Position numbers and translations under genes: made by a program
Shown: piece after piece, positions 42,131 to 53,758 of the stretch
Numbering within the stretch: the first letter of the stretch is position 1
Layout: each line of letters begins with the position of its first letter
Source: Laetmonice hystrix
Lineage: Eukaryota
Assembly (NCBI GenBank): GCA_965235115.1
Contig: OZ249444.1
Location: 9,548,001 to 9,612,000 of the forward strand
Length of the DNA: 64,000 bases
Direction: 5' to 3'
Notes under the pieces: model-generated
What the model was told of the DNA's origin: nothing
Seen by the model: only the letters and a program-made list of their open reading frames with translations
Databases searched by the model: none

Positions 42131-43427
42131 CTAGCAGCCTAGTTGTTAATGGGGGTGAAAGTCCACCGACACACCTGAGTATCCAATCCCCAAGTACCAA
42201 TTATTTCTTATTACTCTTCTCCTATAATCAATCACCATGAAATACCCTAAGGTCTCAGGGCGCTAAATATCACTCTTACTCGGCGGCTAACAAAGAACAC
42301 TCTCCTTTATAAAAAGACCATGGAATCATTAACAGTTCCCGAATTTTCCACTTCGATGTTTCATCCTACGATAACGTCTGAAGACTACTCATTCCGTTGA
42401 AACACTTGACGACATGGTGTTATGCCACAATACAATTATCTATCATATACAACCAAATATATATCACACCTACTATATATGATAAAATACCCGTACACCA
42501 ATGGCTTCATTCACCTTACCACTGACCACCAAAAATCTCTACTATTTACATATAGTAATACAAATATATAAATATACAAATATTCACACAGAACTGATAT
42601 TTCAACCAAACGGGGTGACCTACATCAGCATTCAATGAGTGGTCCTAAATGTCCGATCCTATCAGTCACTGAGTTTAAACATGATCCGCACGGTAACACT
42701 AAAACTAACACGGGCCAACCAACACTGATGATGCAAATCAATTCACACACACAATTCAAGCCTTCAGCCTCAGACGTTTCCCAAAAAGATGCAATAACGA
42801 AATAATTAATTTTCTCCTTCCAGACATTTTTGGTAGTCTGATGCGGCCGGAGTAGAATCCACCATAAAGGAGCAATTTCCTGGTGCGTCCAGGCAGTTAA
42901 AGTCATGATGATTTGTGTGGTAGAGTTGACTTTTCATGTTTAACAGTTACAAGATTGTGCGTGTGACTTTGCAAATGCTACTTTTTCACATCTGAGATGC
43001 TCATTTCTCGTTGGAAAGGAAGAGGAAAGATCTGGGCTTTAAGATATATTCATTATAATATCATTTCAATATTTTATCTTTTCGACATGCCGGAAATAGA
43101 TCCGGTTAATCTTTGTACTCAACAGGAACTAAGGATCAAGTAATAAGGAAATAGGTCGCAAGATTCAGCGACTCTTAAACTTGAGTAAGAACTGAACTTT
43201 TCAAAAACCCGTCTTGGGCTAGAGTTCTGAAAACGAAGCCCTGCCCCATTCCGCTTCTTCGAATCCAGGTGCAAAGTCACACATACAACCTGACCAAACT
43301 GATGCAACCGCCACCTAGGTGAAAATACCGGTAACGTAACGGACAACACATCTTGTTTTAACGCACACAAATCGAAAAAAAAATTAAGTAAATAAATAAA
43401 TTACGATTTACTCGTATGAACACTGAC

Positions 43428-43616
43428 CTTTATAGAGTCGAAGCAGCAGGTTACCCTGCCATTCTGCACTTCTACGTGGGGCGGTGGGTGTGCAAATTTG
43501 CACTCTGTTTCTGATCGTGTGCACTTGTTGCGTTGAAACTCGCGGCATACTTCCAACGTAAGCCATCGGGAGTCCTTGACCTGCAGGGGGGGTAGGATTG
43601 AGCCGACCATGGCCAT
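43428..43616 (-). CDS. mbl: Muscleblind (MBNL family) first coding exon, 63 aa: CCCH zinc finger 1 plus start of finger 2
   Basis: Translates [63 protein letters not shown], the hallmark Mbl/MBNL N-terminus (W-L-x-L-E-V-C-R-E-F; C-x7-C-x6-C-x3-H). It ends at donor AAG|GTCAGT in phase 0, the conserved MBNL intron position. Confidence 0.97.
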
Positions 43617-44045
43617 AATATATGACTCAGGACCTCTTGCGAAGTGGTTCCGATTGAAAACAAAAACAAAAGATGAAGATGAAGATGTCTATCACAGCCC
43701 GTGCTGATCTCCTCTGTAGCAGAGAGTGGGTCACAAGCTGAAGAGAACGATTCCCATTCGTGGACAAGACTCTACTGATGGATAGACCGTCGCACGCCTG
43801 TCTAAAGGCATATGACTGGAGGACCGTGCAAAACTCTACAAGAGTACGTCACAAATGTGCTTCCAAACGTGGAATTCCTTCGTTGTATGTCGTATGTAAA
43901 TTGCAATAGTAATAAAAATCCACTTCTAAACGTATAATGTTTTTTGTCATAAAAATATAATGTCTCTCTGTGTTGGTTTCGGAAGGCTTGCGTCAAGGAC
44001 TTGTGCTCCTTCTGGTGTTAGAACCATGCAATTCCTTTAAGTTTC
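43617..44045 (-). other. mbl: Probable 5'UTR portion (429 nt) of the mbl ATG exon
   Basis: Strong acceptor ...tctcttgttttctttcatgtctttccag|GAAAC at 44046/44045 with candidate branch points. A long UTR ahead of the ATG in this exon is typical of fly mbl and human MBNL1. A weaker alternative AG lies near 43636. Confidence 0.6.
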
Positions 44046-45604
44046 CTGGAAAGACATGAAAGAAAACAAGAGACATGAGCGAAATACCAAAATCAGCAAG
44101 AAGAAGAACCTTACATTCAATGGATGAATAGTTAACTTCACATTAAATCAAACTGCACATGCTCCACAAATTTCCAAAACAAATTACATGTACTAATAAC
44201 GACTCCGCCATATATCATGTCATGATGTTATGGTTATGACCCTCAAGGTGAGTTTAGCCGCCAGGGTATGACAGCCAGCTGTGACTGAGAATACACATTC
44301 CCATTCAAATGATCAGCGACAGCCATTAAAGTTGCGACATGCTTGCGTAATGAGGGCACGAGTCAAGATGGCACTTGAGCCTCTGGCCCAGCGTCTACTG
44401 TCTGTAGACCGACCGGCCGGCACAGCCCCTCCCTGCCTGGCGACCCTAACACACTATAGCATCCCCCCTAACACCTCTACCTCACGCAACCGTCTCCATC
44501 ACAATTATTAGCAACCCATAGCCATCGGATGAAAAGGCTATAAGAAAAAAAGAAAAAATGGCGGGCAGATTCAAGGATGTGCCCCTGCCGTTTATTTCCC
44601 ACTTCCCAATAAAACAGCATGACCGTGGAAGTTCACAAATTCAATCATTTCTAATTTTTTTTCACTGCAAACTTAAATCTACTTTTCCCCCTCCACCCAA
44701 ACACTACCAGGCTGACATCACATGACGCCATGCGTCCCACTCCATGAGGCGGGTCTACATGAGGCGGGGGCGGCGGTAGGGAGTGGAACGAGACCGACCA
44801 GGCCACTTGTAACACAATATGTTCATTCTCACTCCAACTCCGCCAAATTTTAGGTCACAAAACTGTGGGAAACTTCATGGCCGAGGTTCATCCCGCTACC
44901 CTATACCCTCTACCCTACTGACCCCACCCCCTTCATCTGTTTGTCAGAGCTCCATGCATTTTCATAGGGTGTCAATTTAGAGATGGCCTCACATGTACAG
45001 CATTCTGGTTCTTAGGTCCTCAGGCTTAAATATAGTACAGGACTGTTGGGAGTTGACAGAAAAAAGGTGGTTGCATGTGTTGAGCATGTGTTTAAATAAG
45101 GTTGGTTGCTGGGATGTTTGAACGTTCGAGTATTTCTAGAACCCGTGTATAACCAGCCTCATGGTAACCGTTATAATTCTCTACTTCTAGATGGAATATA
45201 TATGTCGGTCCTTGGTAAAAATGATGAAATCCAAGAAATATTTCTATTTTGTTTGTTCAGCAGTACTGCTCCCTTACCTTCGAACAGATGTGTCAAGAAA
45301 TGCTTGGATTTTCTTATAACTGTCACTCACACTACAGAATGAAACGTCTAAAATAAAACCTAACGTCGATATCTTAGAGTTGGGATAGAAACATGATTAA
45401 TGATGATAATTTTACGGTTATCTTTTCCCTAATTACAAGGGATTTCATGTTACACCAAACAATTAATTTGTAATCCTGGTCTAGATTTGTCGTTGTGTTA
45501 TAATCGTCATAAGCTTTGGCTTCACATTCTATAATTACTAACTCCTCATTAATATCCTTCAACCCAATGTCAGGCGGATTTACTGTCCCCAAATCAGCCC
45601 AGCC

Positions 45605-46040
45605 ACTGTCCCCAATCAAGTCTGTCTCCAAAGCTAATGTCCTACAAATAGGACAGTTACTGTCCCCAATCAAGTCTGTCTCCAAAGCTACTGTCCCACA
45701 AATAGGACAGTTACTGTCCCCAATCAAGTCTGTCTCCAAAGCTACTGTCCCACAAATAGGACAGTTACTGTCCCCAATCAAGTCTGTCTCCAAAGCTACT
45801 GTCCGACAAATAGGACAGTTACTGTCCCCAATCAAGTCTGTCTCCAAAGCTACTGTCCCACAAATAGGACAGTTACTGTCCCCAATCAAGTCTGTCTCCA
45901 AAGCTACTGTCCCACAAATAGGACAGTTACTGTCCCCAATCAAGTCTGTCTCCAAAGCTACTGTCCGACAAATAGGACAGTTACTGTCCCCAATCAATCT
46001 GTCTCCAAAGCTACTGTCCCACAAATAGGACAGTTACTGT
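45605..46040. repeat. Minisatellite, 54-bp unit x8 with internal palindrome
   Basis: CTGTCCCCAATCAAGTCTGTCTCCAAAGCTACTGTCCCACAAATAGGACAGTTA at 45606 + 54n. It explains the repetitive ORFs on both strands. Confidence 0.97.
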
Positions 46041-46124
46041 GATTTAATTACAGACTGTCCCGTAATTCATGGAATTCCTTTCACACAATCGGCCGAGTCA
46101 CTGATCGGCCACTGGGCCAGTCTC

Positions 46125-46141
46125 TGACCTACACCTGACCC
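46125..46141 (-). promoter_or_regulatory. DR5 nuclear-receptor element (RARE consensus)
   Basis: Minus strand GGGTCA-GGTGT-AGGTCA. Confidence 0.25.
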
Positions 46142-49100
46142 ATTCACTAATACATTTCTGTTCTGCATCGTCAATCGCTACGGAATTGAAACGTTTGGCG
46201 TTTTTGTAGCATTCAGAATATTTAGTGTTCACATCACAAACCATCATTTTCAGTCTTGATACGTAAAGTTCATTTTGATGACAAAATGATTCGCAATATG
46301 TTTCTATCAAATCCTTGGTAGTCCCCCCCCTAGCTTTCCTCCACTGTCTTACATACATTCTGCCCCCCCCCCCCCCCCCAACCAGATTAATGGTGGGAAC
46401 CGCTATACAGAAGCAGCAGCAGTCCTGCCCACACCCCAGACTGTGTGTGATCGGCCCCTATTGGACACCGTATTAGATGACAGCACTGTGTCTGCCTTTT
46501 GGCTCCTGTTTCATCCAATACCCACCATTTTCTCATCCTCTTTTTGTCTTCCCTCTTTCCTCCCCCGTCTTTCCGGCCTGGTAAAAACGGGCCGTCTCCG
46601 CTCGTACAGCACCAGCCTCTGTTGTCAGGGCTTACCGCATCTCAACGACTGGCTATTTATATTCGGGGAGTCTGAGTTCTGAGTCCTGCTGACACTGACA
46701 ATCCCAGCCGGATGACAGCAGCACGAGCACCAAGACCTACCGCCGATATCGGCGCTGGCATTTAAACACAACGGACATTGCTGTGAAATCCTTCAGCCTG
46801 CCAACCTCTCCCTCCAGCTCTTGCACTCAATTTAACCAAGACGGGCCGCTGGCCATGCAGATAAACCCGCCCATTTATATATGCTTTATTAAATGGTCGG
46901 CGAATTTTGATCGCTTGTTGCGGTGAAGTGTTGCACTGTATAATCTGCCGGCTGGCCCACCGGTCCCCCGCCTGGACTGTCTGGCAGGCAGTCTGGGGCT
47001 CTGCCTATTTTGACAAGCATTCATTTAGTGGCAGTCCTGGAGGCCCCTCATTGGCAGCCTCGAGACAGGCAAGACCTTTTGAAAATTGTAATTCCCCTGG
47101 CAGAAAGATATGATTGGAAAGCTTTTGAGTCCCACAGTTGTAATAAATGGCGCAGTACGTTTGGGACCATTGCTGTGAATAAACCAAATGTTGCCCATTT
47201 TACTGGCAATCTGATACAGTTAGATATCAGCGTGGATGAGTTTGGTCGGCCACAAATGGAATGCAAATCCCTCTAATCAAAACTCCCGCTTTTCCCTTCC
47301 CATCGTATAGTATGAATAATATTCAGCGGCAAAGCAAGGCGGCTTCACCCGTTATCGGACATCGGACGGTACTAGACTTTCACCAGATCAACCTGGATTT
47401 ACGACAGCAATATTCTGGGTGGTTTTTTTTTTTCAATCAACCTCCCTCCCCCAACTTCCCCACTACAGAAGAAAAAGACGCGGAATTAGAAAAGGGGACA
47501 TAAAGTCTGACGTACTTGGTTGGTTCATTTGCTAATGATTACTTCTGCTAAGTGCTATACAAGACTGAAAATTAAGCGTACATTGCGACAGGGCCTCCCG
47601 AATTGCCTCAAGTGCCTCTCTAGGCTCGTTCTGTGCAGGCTCGGCACGGTCCTTAGCCATCATAGAGAGAAAAGACACCCAAGGCTGGTTGCCAATCCCA
47701 TCCTACTGCCCTGGCTAAATGGACTTATCCCTTCAAACAAGCAGGATACTATTAGCCATATTGATTCATTAAGCAACACCCAAAAGCTTTCAGGTGTCAC
47801 CAGCGGGACACTGTAAGGCTGATTCTGATGGGACACTTGAAGGACACCGGAGAAATGCTAACGGCCTCTCATTACGTTGTTACATTAGTTTTGTATAATT
47901 GATCTAGAACTAGGGGGCATCTACCAGAAAGACCCCGTGGGCCTCATTTGTACATGGGCAATATTTGACTTCTTACCGCGTCAATTATATAATGGCACTG
48001 TAAGCTTTTTCCACTTTCCAAAAGAGGGTCTTGGCTAATCGTTGTGCAGGCCATTAATGTAACGACAAAGCTGGATTACTGGAAAGAATCCACTTCAATA
48101 CTAATCCCACTATGCCGGTTTGAAACCATATTATTCATAGGTTGCGTGTAAATGGGAATTTCATCCCAGAATACGATACGGTTGCAGGCGGTTGCCCCCA
48201 TACACATGACCGGGCGAACAAGGCTATAGCGTGACTGACCGGCCGTGCGGCCTGCAGTCCCTAATACTGCTACGACCCCGGGGATTTCATCACCGATTAT
48301 CCTAACTGCTTTACACTAACCCGCATCTTATGAAATCGTACCTCGCTGTAAGTCTGAACCACCAGGGGCAAAGTAGGATTATTCTTTTACTTCCATGAGG
48401 GGAGAAACACGAGAGTTGCCGCCAAAAGCCTTGACTGAATTCTCTAGGATAAATCCTGCCACTGCGACCACTCATAAACCGACATCTCATTTAAACCAGA
48501 ACCTCAATCAAATTTCTTTACTTTCATAAATCGCACACAATGTGCAGTCGTGCACAAATGGGAGCTCAACACCAAGCCTGAAAAATGTGCCAGTACATAC
48601 CCTAGTCAGCCACCGCAGACAAATCATTTACGAGGAAATGGGGCCCATCTCTGAGATAGTTTTAGTTTAAAAAAAGGCACTGCGGTCATTTATTTGATGC
48701 GAAATATAAAGATGAGACTTGCTTGTACATTGTTCTTTTGCATCCTATTACAGAGAAGCGAAATATTATCAGCGCGATTTCTCATAACCAGAATGCTAGG
48801 TTAGTGGAATCCTCTCGAAGTAGGTACCTTATATCATTTTTTTTACTGGATCGAATCCCATATCATAAAACAGTAGGGAGTGTCTTGTATCAGCAATGTA
48901 ATTATCGTTCGGACTTTAAAAAAATTATCATTAAAGCTTGATACTCACATAATATTCTGACAGAATATACGTCATTATGCAAGTCAAGATTGTGGCGGGC
49001 GCAAATTAAACTATAACCCAAAAAAATCTCATTTTTCACGGCTGCGTGTTGACAACTAATTCCACAATACATCCATTCCACTCATTCCAGTCGGGTATAT

Positions 49101-49651
49101 TTTTCTAATCAAGCCTCCATATAATGAGAAGCGGCCAAAATTCGCGCCGCTGTAAATTGTGAGTACATTGTAGTTTGATTCCCCCCCCCCCCACCCACCC
49201 CACCCTGATCGCTGTGTGGGGGCGAGCGTTCAGTGTACACAGACCCGTGTGGCCACTCCATATGGAGGTGTGATTTCTGGCCACTTCCACTGCCACTACT
49301 TGTCCCCTGACATTGGCTGTCGATGCTTCCCGCCATCTGCTGCCGCCCCCCCCCCTCCGTCCTCGCCCACACCACCCACAACTGACTCATCTCAACGCTG
49401 ATTGTCAAAGTTCACACCCAACACGGTCGTTATCCGTCAGCCCCGTTATCCGCCATATCATCGGGCATAAAGCCAAACATTTACCATACAATCCAACTCG
49501 GGACCCCCTTCTTCACTCTCTAGGATTACTAATGAAAAAATAATAATATTTCAGATCCCCTACATTAGATTGGATTGACTGGTACTACAAGTGTCGGAAT
49601 ATACACGTTTTCTTCAACACGTTCTTGAGATATGGATGAGTTTGGTCGGCC

Positions 49652-49811
49652 AAATGTTGAATCTTGAGATATGTCGATCCTGTCATAGAAATGTTCAATC
49701 TTGAGATATGTCGATCCTGTCATAGAAATGTTCAATCTTGAGATATGTCGATCCTGTCATAGAAATGTTCAATCTTGAGATATGTCGATCCTGTCATAGA
49801 AATGTTCAATC
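49652..49811. repeat. Tandem repeat, 37-bp unit x4
   Basis: AATCTTGAGATATGTCGATCCTGTCATAGAAATGTTC at 49660, 49697, 49734 and 49771; head-to-tail with no spacers. Confidence 0.95.
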
Positions 49812-51289
49812 AATATCTATAATTGTCAAGGTCCAGATAAGTCGAAACAGTGCCGAGGTATTAATATCCTTTCCATTGCTCTTCAAAGTAATCCTTTTAA
49901 AATTGATCAAACATGGATCCTTATATGTACTGAGGTTTTCCCATGATACCTTACACGGTAACCTTGCGAGTCACTTCTATAGAAAAATCTAACACTCAAT
50001 TTGACTGCACCCGCAACGTGTCACGGGCCAAATTAATGTGCCTGAAGAGTATAATTTCCAAAGCAAGAATTCCGACCCTTTCCTCATTCCAGATACCAAT
50101 ACGTCTCTCCCATATGCCAGAAATTAGAGTCAGATTTTTACCGGTGCCTGTACCTCTCCGGGCAGATATCTGCACCCCCAGCCACCCTCTCCCCAACCTC
50201 TTTATTTACTTAGACGCATGCTTCCACTCCAAAATGTGACTCCTTTGGGGGTTGTGGCTTTTGTTCTCAACATCTGCACCGCTGCTCGAGTCGCCTGCAC
50301 GGAGGAGCTCAAGGCCTAACATTCTGCACATTTGGTGCTTATTACTGGTACATTTCGTCAGGATCTGTAGACTATACGAGCCGCTATATCGGGACCGGCA
50401 ACAGCCGGTTGTGTATATACTTTCGCTATTGCCTCCGGATGCCAAGGCAGTCACATAATACCCTGGGCCAAACGAATGAGAAAGACGACAACACGCCAAC
50501 TTCAAACAAATTCATGTTTCTAAAGATAACACGCATAAAGACCAGAAGCTGCTTTTTATTGGTACACAACAGTACCTGACATTTTAAATCACGAAAAGAT
50601 TAACTTCTGAATCTGTTTGAAAGTATGATCCCAGTAGCCCGACAAGCCAGCACATCGTGCAGTAGGTCGTTTCTGCCTTTTGCCCCCATACCCATGTCAT
50701 ATCCTATCCATTTTGCCCTGACATTGGATAACTGTGACCTCTGCCTGCAAATCCACCCCCATCTCTGACAATCATACCCCAACAAGCCATGGAAACCCCC
50801 GCCTGAGCGTGTCCATGCTGACAAAACCCACCCTAACCCTGACAGAACTATGTGGCATCCAGCCAACCTGTACCAACAGATCCACAAGACCAAATATGCA
50901 ATATATACCAGCTGCCAGTCAAGTCAACACAGGTCTTCCACTGGGTGTGTGCTTACCAATGCCCCGTCATTTGTGCATTTTCTCAGTCTCAAATGGCAGC
51001 TGGGGTTGACAGGCGGCATCCCATGCCCAACATTGTGCTATAATTCACTATTCCAGACAAAACACCTCTTGCAGGTCCCCTGCTGTTTCCACGACCTCCA
51101 TATCTCCCATAGACTTGTAAATTGGTTTTGCCACTGGGTCCACAAACAATGTCGCACAGAAAGACTTCTAAATAGGTCATTCCATCGGCTTATCAACCAA
51201 TATCCGTCCGCCCGATCGGTAAAACTCCCATACCATTGGCTTTATGAACCAATATCCTTTAAAGGGACTTGTAAATGGGTCATGTCTTT

Positions 51290-51520
51290 GTAAATGGGTC
51301 ACAACTTTAGGTCATCAACTTCCGGCCAGGGAAACGTTAGCGGGTAATTCCACTGGGTTATCTACCAATATGAAGTCGACTTCTGTCCTTCTACCGGTAT
51401 CCCTGAGAGATCCTCTCTGCATAACGTCAATAAGTGATGCGTTATGACTCTTGAGACAACAATGAACAATCTCACAAAGTACATTCACAGATGTCCAATA
51501 TTTCCCGTTCAAGGGCTCTG
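51290..51520 (-). mobile_element. Possible decayed Gypsy integrase fragment
   Basis: KYWTSVNVLCEIVHCC...IDVM...TGRRTEVDFILVD loosely follows YWP..DV..C..C / DIVGPL...G.RYILV. Weak. Confidence 0.22.
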
Positions 51521-53707
51521 GGATCCATAATCTCCCATTCTCATCAGATGATGTCTATCTGGTCATACCAAATACAAGCCTACCTACGAGAGGCCGCTTT
51601 TAGTTTTACCCCAGGCTTACGACTGGTGCGGCAATGCTAGGAGAGGGGGGAAAAACCTGATGATAAATTAGAAGACTGAAGCCCAGGAACTTGCAGTTGA
51701 AATCAGCAGTTATTTTTCACAAAGCTGAAGATACGGCACATGTCTGTGATCTGTTTACATGTCAACACTGCATATCACTAGAGGCATTCCTTAGCTACCC
51801 TCACTAACTCCCAGCACACCACAAAATAGCAGCATCCTCCGCCAGGCTACAAGGCATGCCCCATCAATTCATCATTGCTAGCCCTCTTTGCCATCATGGT
51901 TCCCTAGCAACCGCCAGATTCATTTCGTATTTCACAGTCATGCTTCTTTACAGTTTTTCTTAGCTGGAAAATTTGTTCTCGTATGTCCGCGTAGGTAATT
52001 TATTTATGACACAACGTAAGCGAAGCACTCGTCTGATTGCAATCAGCGAGTTGTTAATGGTATTAAGTTGGATCCTGGTTCGGCTCCAGCTTGGGTTGGG
52101 TTTCCCGGGCCACCGTTCCGGGTTGGTGTAGCAGTCTGGGATGTCCTATAGCGGATGTGGGCCGTCTTGCATAACCTGGTGGGGGTTATATTGGAATGAT
52201 GTACGGTTAGGCAGACTCAAAGACGGCATCTGGGCTGGTCTCTGACAGGCCCATACTGTATGAGGGATAGGCCCAACTCGTGGGAGCCATCCCTTGTAGC
52301 TACAACCCATAGGTCATAATAAGGCCAGTAAGCAAGGGACAACAGCTTACAGTTGAACATCTCGGAAACACCCTTAGCATGGAAGATGCCCATTAGACCC
52401 CACTAGTATTCCCTCGGCATTCCCAAACTGCGGCACACGTCATCTGTCCCTGACAACAAACTAGATCGGTTTTGGCACTGACAAAGGCTATCTTTACCCT
52501 ACAGCTGATTTCTGGAGTATCCCGACAATTGACCTTAAACCTGGCCAACAGAAGTGAGGTCAAGTTGAAAGAATGATCCCAGCCAGCGGCTCAGTGAGGC
52601 CAGGGCCTGGAGAAGTGATTGGTAGCAAGTGGACGAGGTCTCTGACAGCGACATGGGGACAGCTCCGACACGGGGACCGGTCCGACTTATCTACGCTGAC
52701 ATTCTGCAAGTGATGCTGACCTCCAATGCCAGCTGACCAGTTGAAACCGTGGCTGCCAGTCTGTCCCTGTCTGCCTACTCGCACCTCCTTCAGGGCTGGA
52801 TCAGCCAATCCCGATGGCGCAGTACCGCGGCTTACAATAATAACCCAGTCTGCATGTACATGTAAACTGCCAAGTCCTCATGTCGAGTCACAGCACTGCG
52901 GAAATAGACCACATGTGCCTCAAGGCTCTCCGACTGTGCCGGCAGATCTAATTGTGTCTCCATCGGTTTCTGGGGCTCATCTTCTGCTTCTATAGTGCCA
53001 CAATATTGGATGCCATTCGGCCGAGACAGAGCATCAGTGAAAAATCATCCCACCCTTCCTTATCTGGCGCAATAAAAGAGCGCTAGTTATTTCTCTCTTG
53101 CATTAATATTTCTGATCACAATAAACGTGAAATACGGTTGCTGCCTTTTAATGTCGCATGTAATTCCTTATCTATAATTCGGTACTTCTGAGTTAGAAAA
53201 CAAATACCATTTTCTGAGATGAATTTACTTTTGTCATTAAAAATTCGGTGGCTGATGTGATAGGCACGCTAAAGGGGAGAGTTTCCGATGGACAATACTT
53301 GAATTGGAAAATTACTTCGCTGTGAATGTAATCACCTACATGCCACATCGTTTCTCTTCCAGAATCCCATCTTACAGGTAATCATTCACAGTGGAAAGGC
53401 CGGGAAGAAACTCTGACATAGGAACTCATCAATATCAACTAGAGTAACTTTTAACTCAAGTTTTACGTTTGTGCTTCATGGAGTTCTAAAGAAAAGAGTT
53501 TTTGTCTGAAAAGAGGGAGATTTGCGAGAGGGAAACGGTTGGTTGGTGGCCTGAGTCTGTCAGTGATGGTGTGGGCTGTCAGCTAGCGGCCAGGTTTGAT
53601 GGCCGTGGGTGGGTGAGTAAGGGGATGAGGAAGGGACACAGCTGCCGCCAGGCCAGGCCGCCAGTGTCCGTGTTTGAGGACCACTAGACGACCATCTGGG
53701 TGCTGGC

Positions 53708-53758
53708 TGGCCGGTGGGCCGGCCGGTGGGCCGGCCGGTGGGCCGGCCGGTGGGCCGG
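53708..53758. repeat. GC-rich 12-bp tandem repeat x~4
   Basis: (GGCCGGTGGGCC)n read directly. Confidence 0.9.

Larger units (their letters stand above)
2971..43427 (-). other. mbl: mbl intron, 40,457 bp, GT-AG, phase 0, interrupts zinc finger 2
   Basis: Bounded by the donor at 43427 (GTCAGT) and the acceptor CAG at 2973-2971; joining gives ...CFDSIK|GKCQR... Unrecognised internal cassette exons cannot be excluded. Confidence 0.9.

Noticed and set aside
2971-43427. Recursive (ratchet) splice sites YAG|GT in the long intron, e.g. about 13548, 12964, 23443
   Set aside because: None seen by eye combines a strong pyrimidine tract with a consensus GTAAGT/GTGAGT; a computational scan is still advisable.
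43650-43712. miR-2 gene on the plus strand
   Set aside because: Upstream sequence is A-rich and cannot pair to form a pre-miRNA hairpin; retained only as a possible target site.
44413-44460. HDV-like ribozyme start (GGCCGGC...GCC-loop-GGC); similar at about 5084
   Set aside because: The 3' strand of P1 (GCCGGCY) is absent, so the nested pseudoknot cannot be built.
45374-46028. 216-aa (7x CPIC 'zinc-ribbon') and 170-aa ORFs on opposite strands
   Set aside because: Both are by-products of a stop-free 54-bp minisatellite; near-identical DNA copies show no codon-level divergence, and there is no gene context.
49652-49811. 37-bp repeats of CRISPR-like length
   Set aside because: Head-to-tail with no unique spacers, no cas genes, and eukaryotic context.
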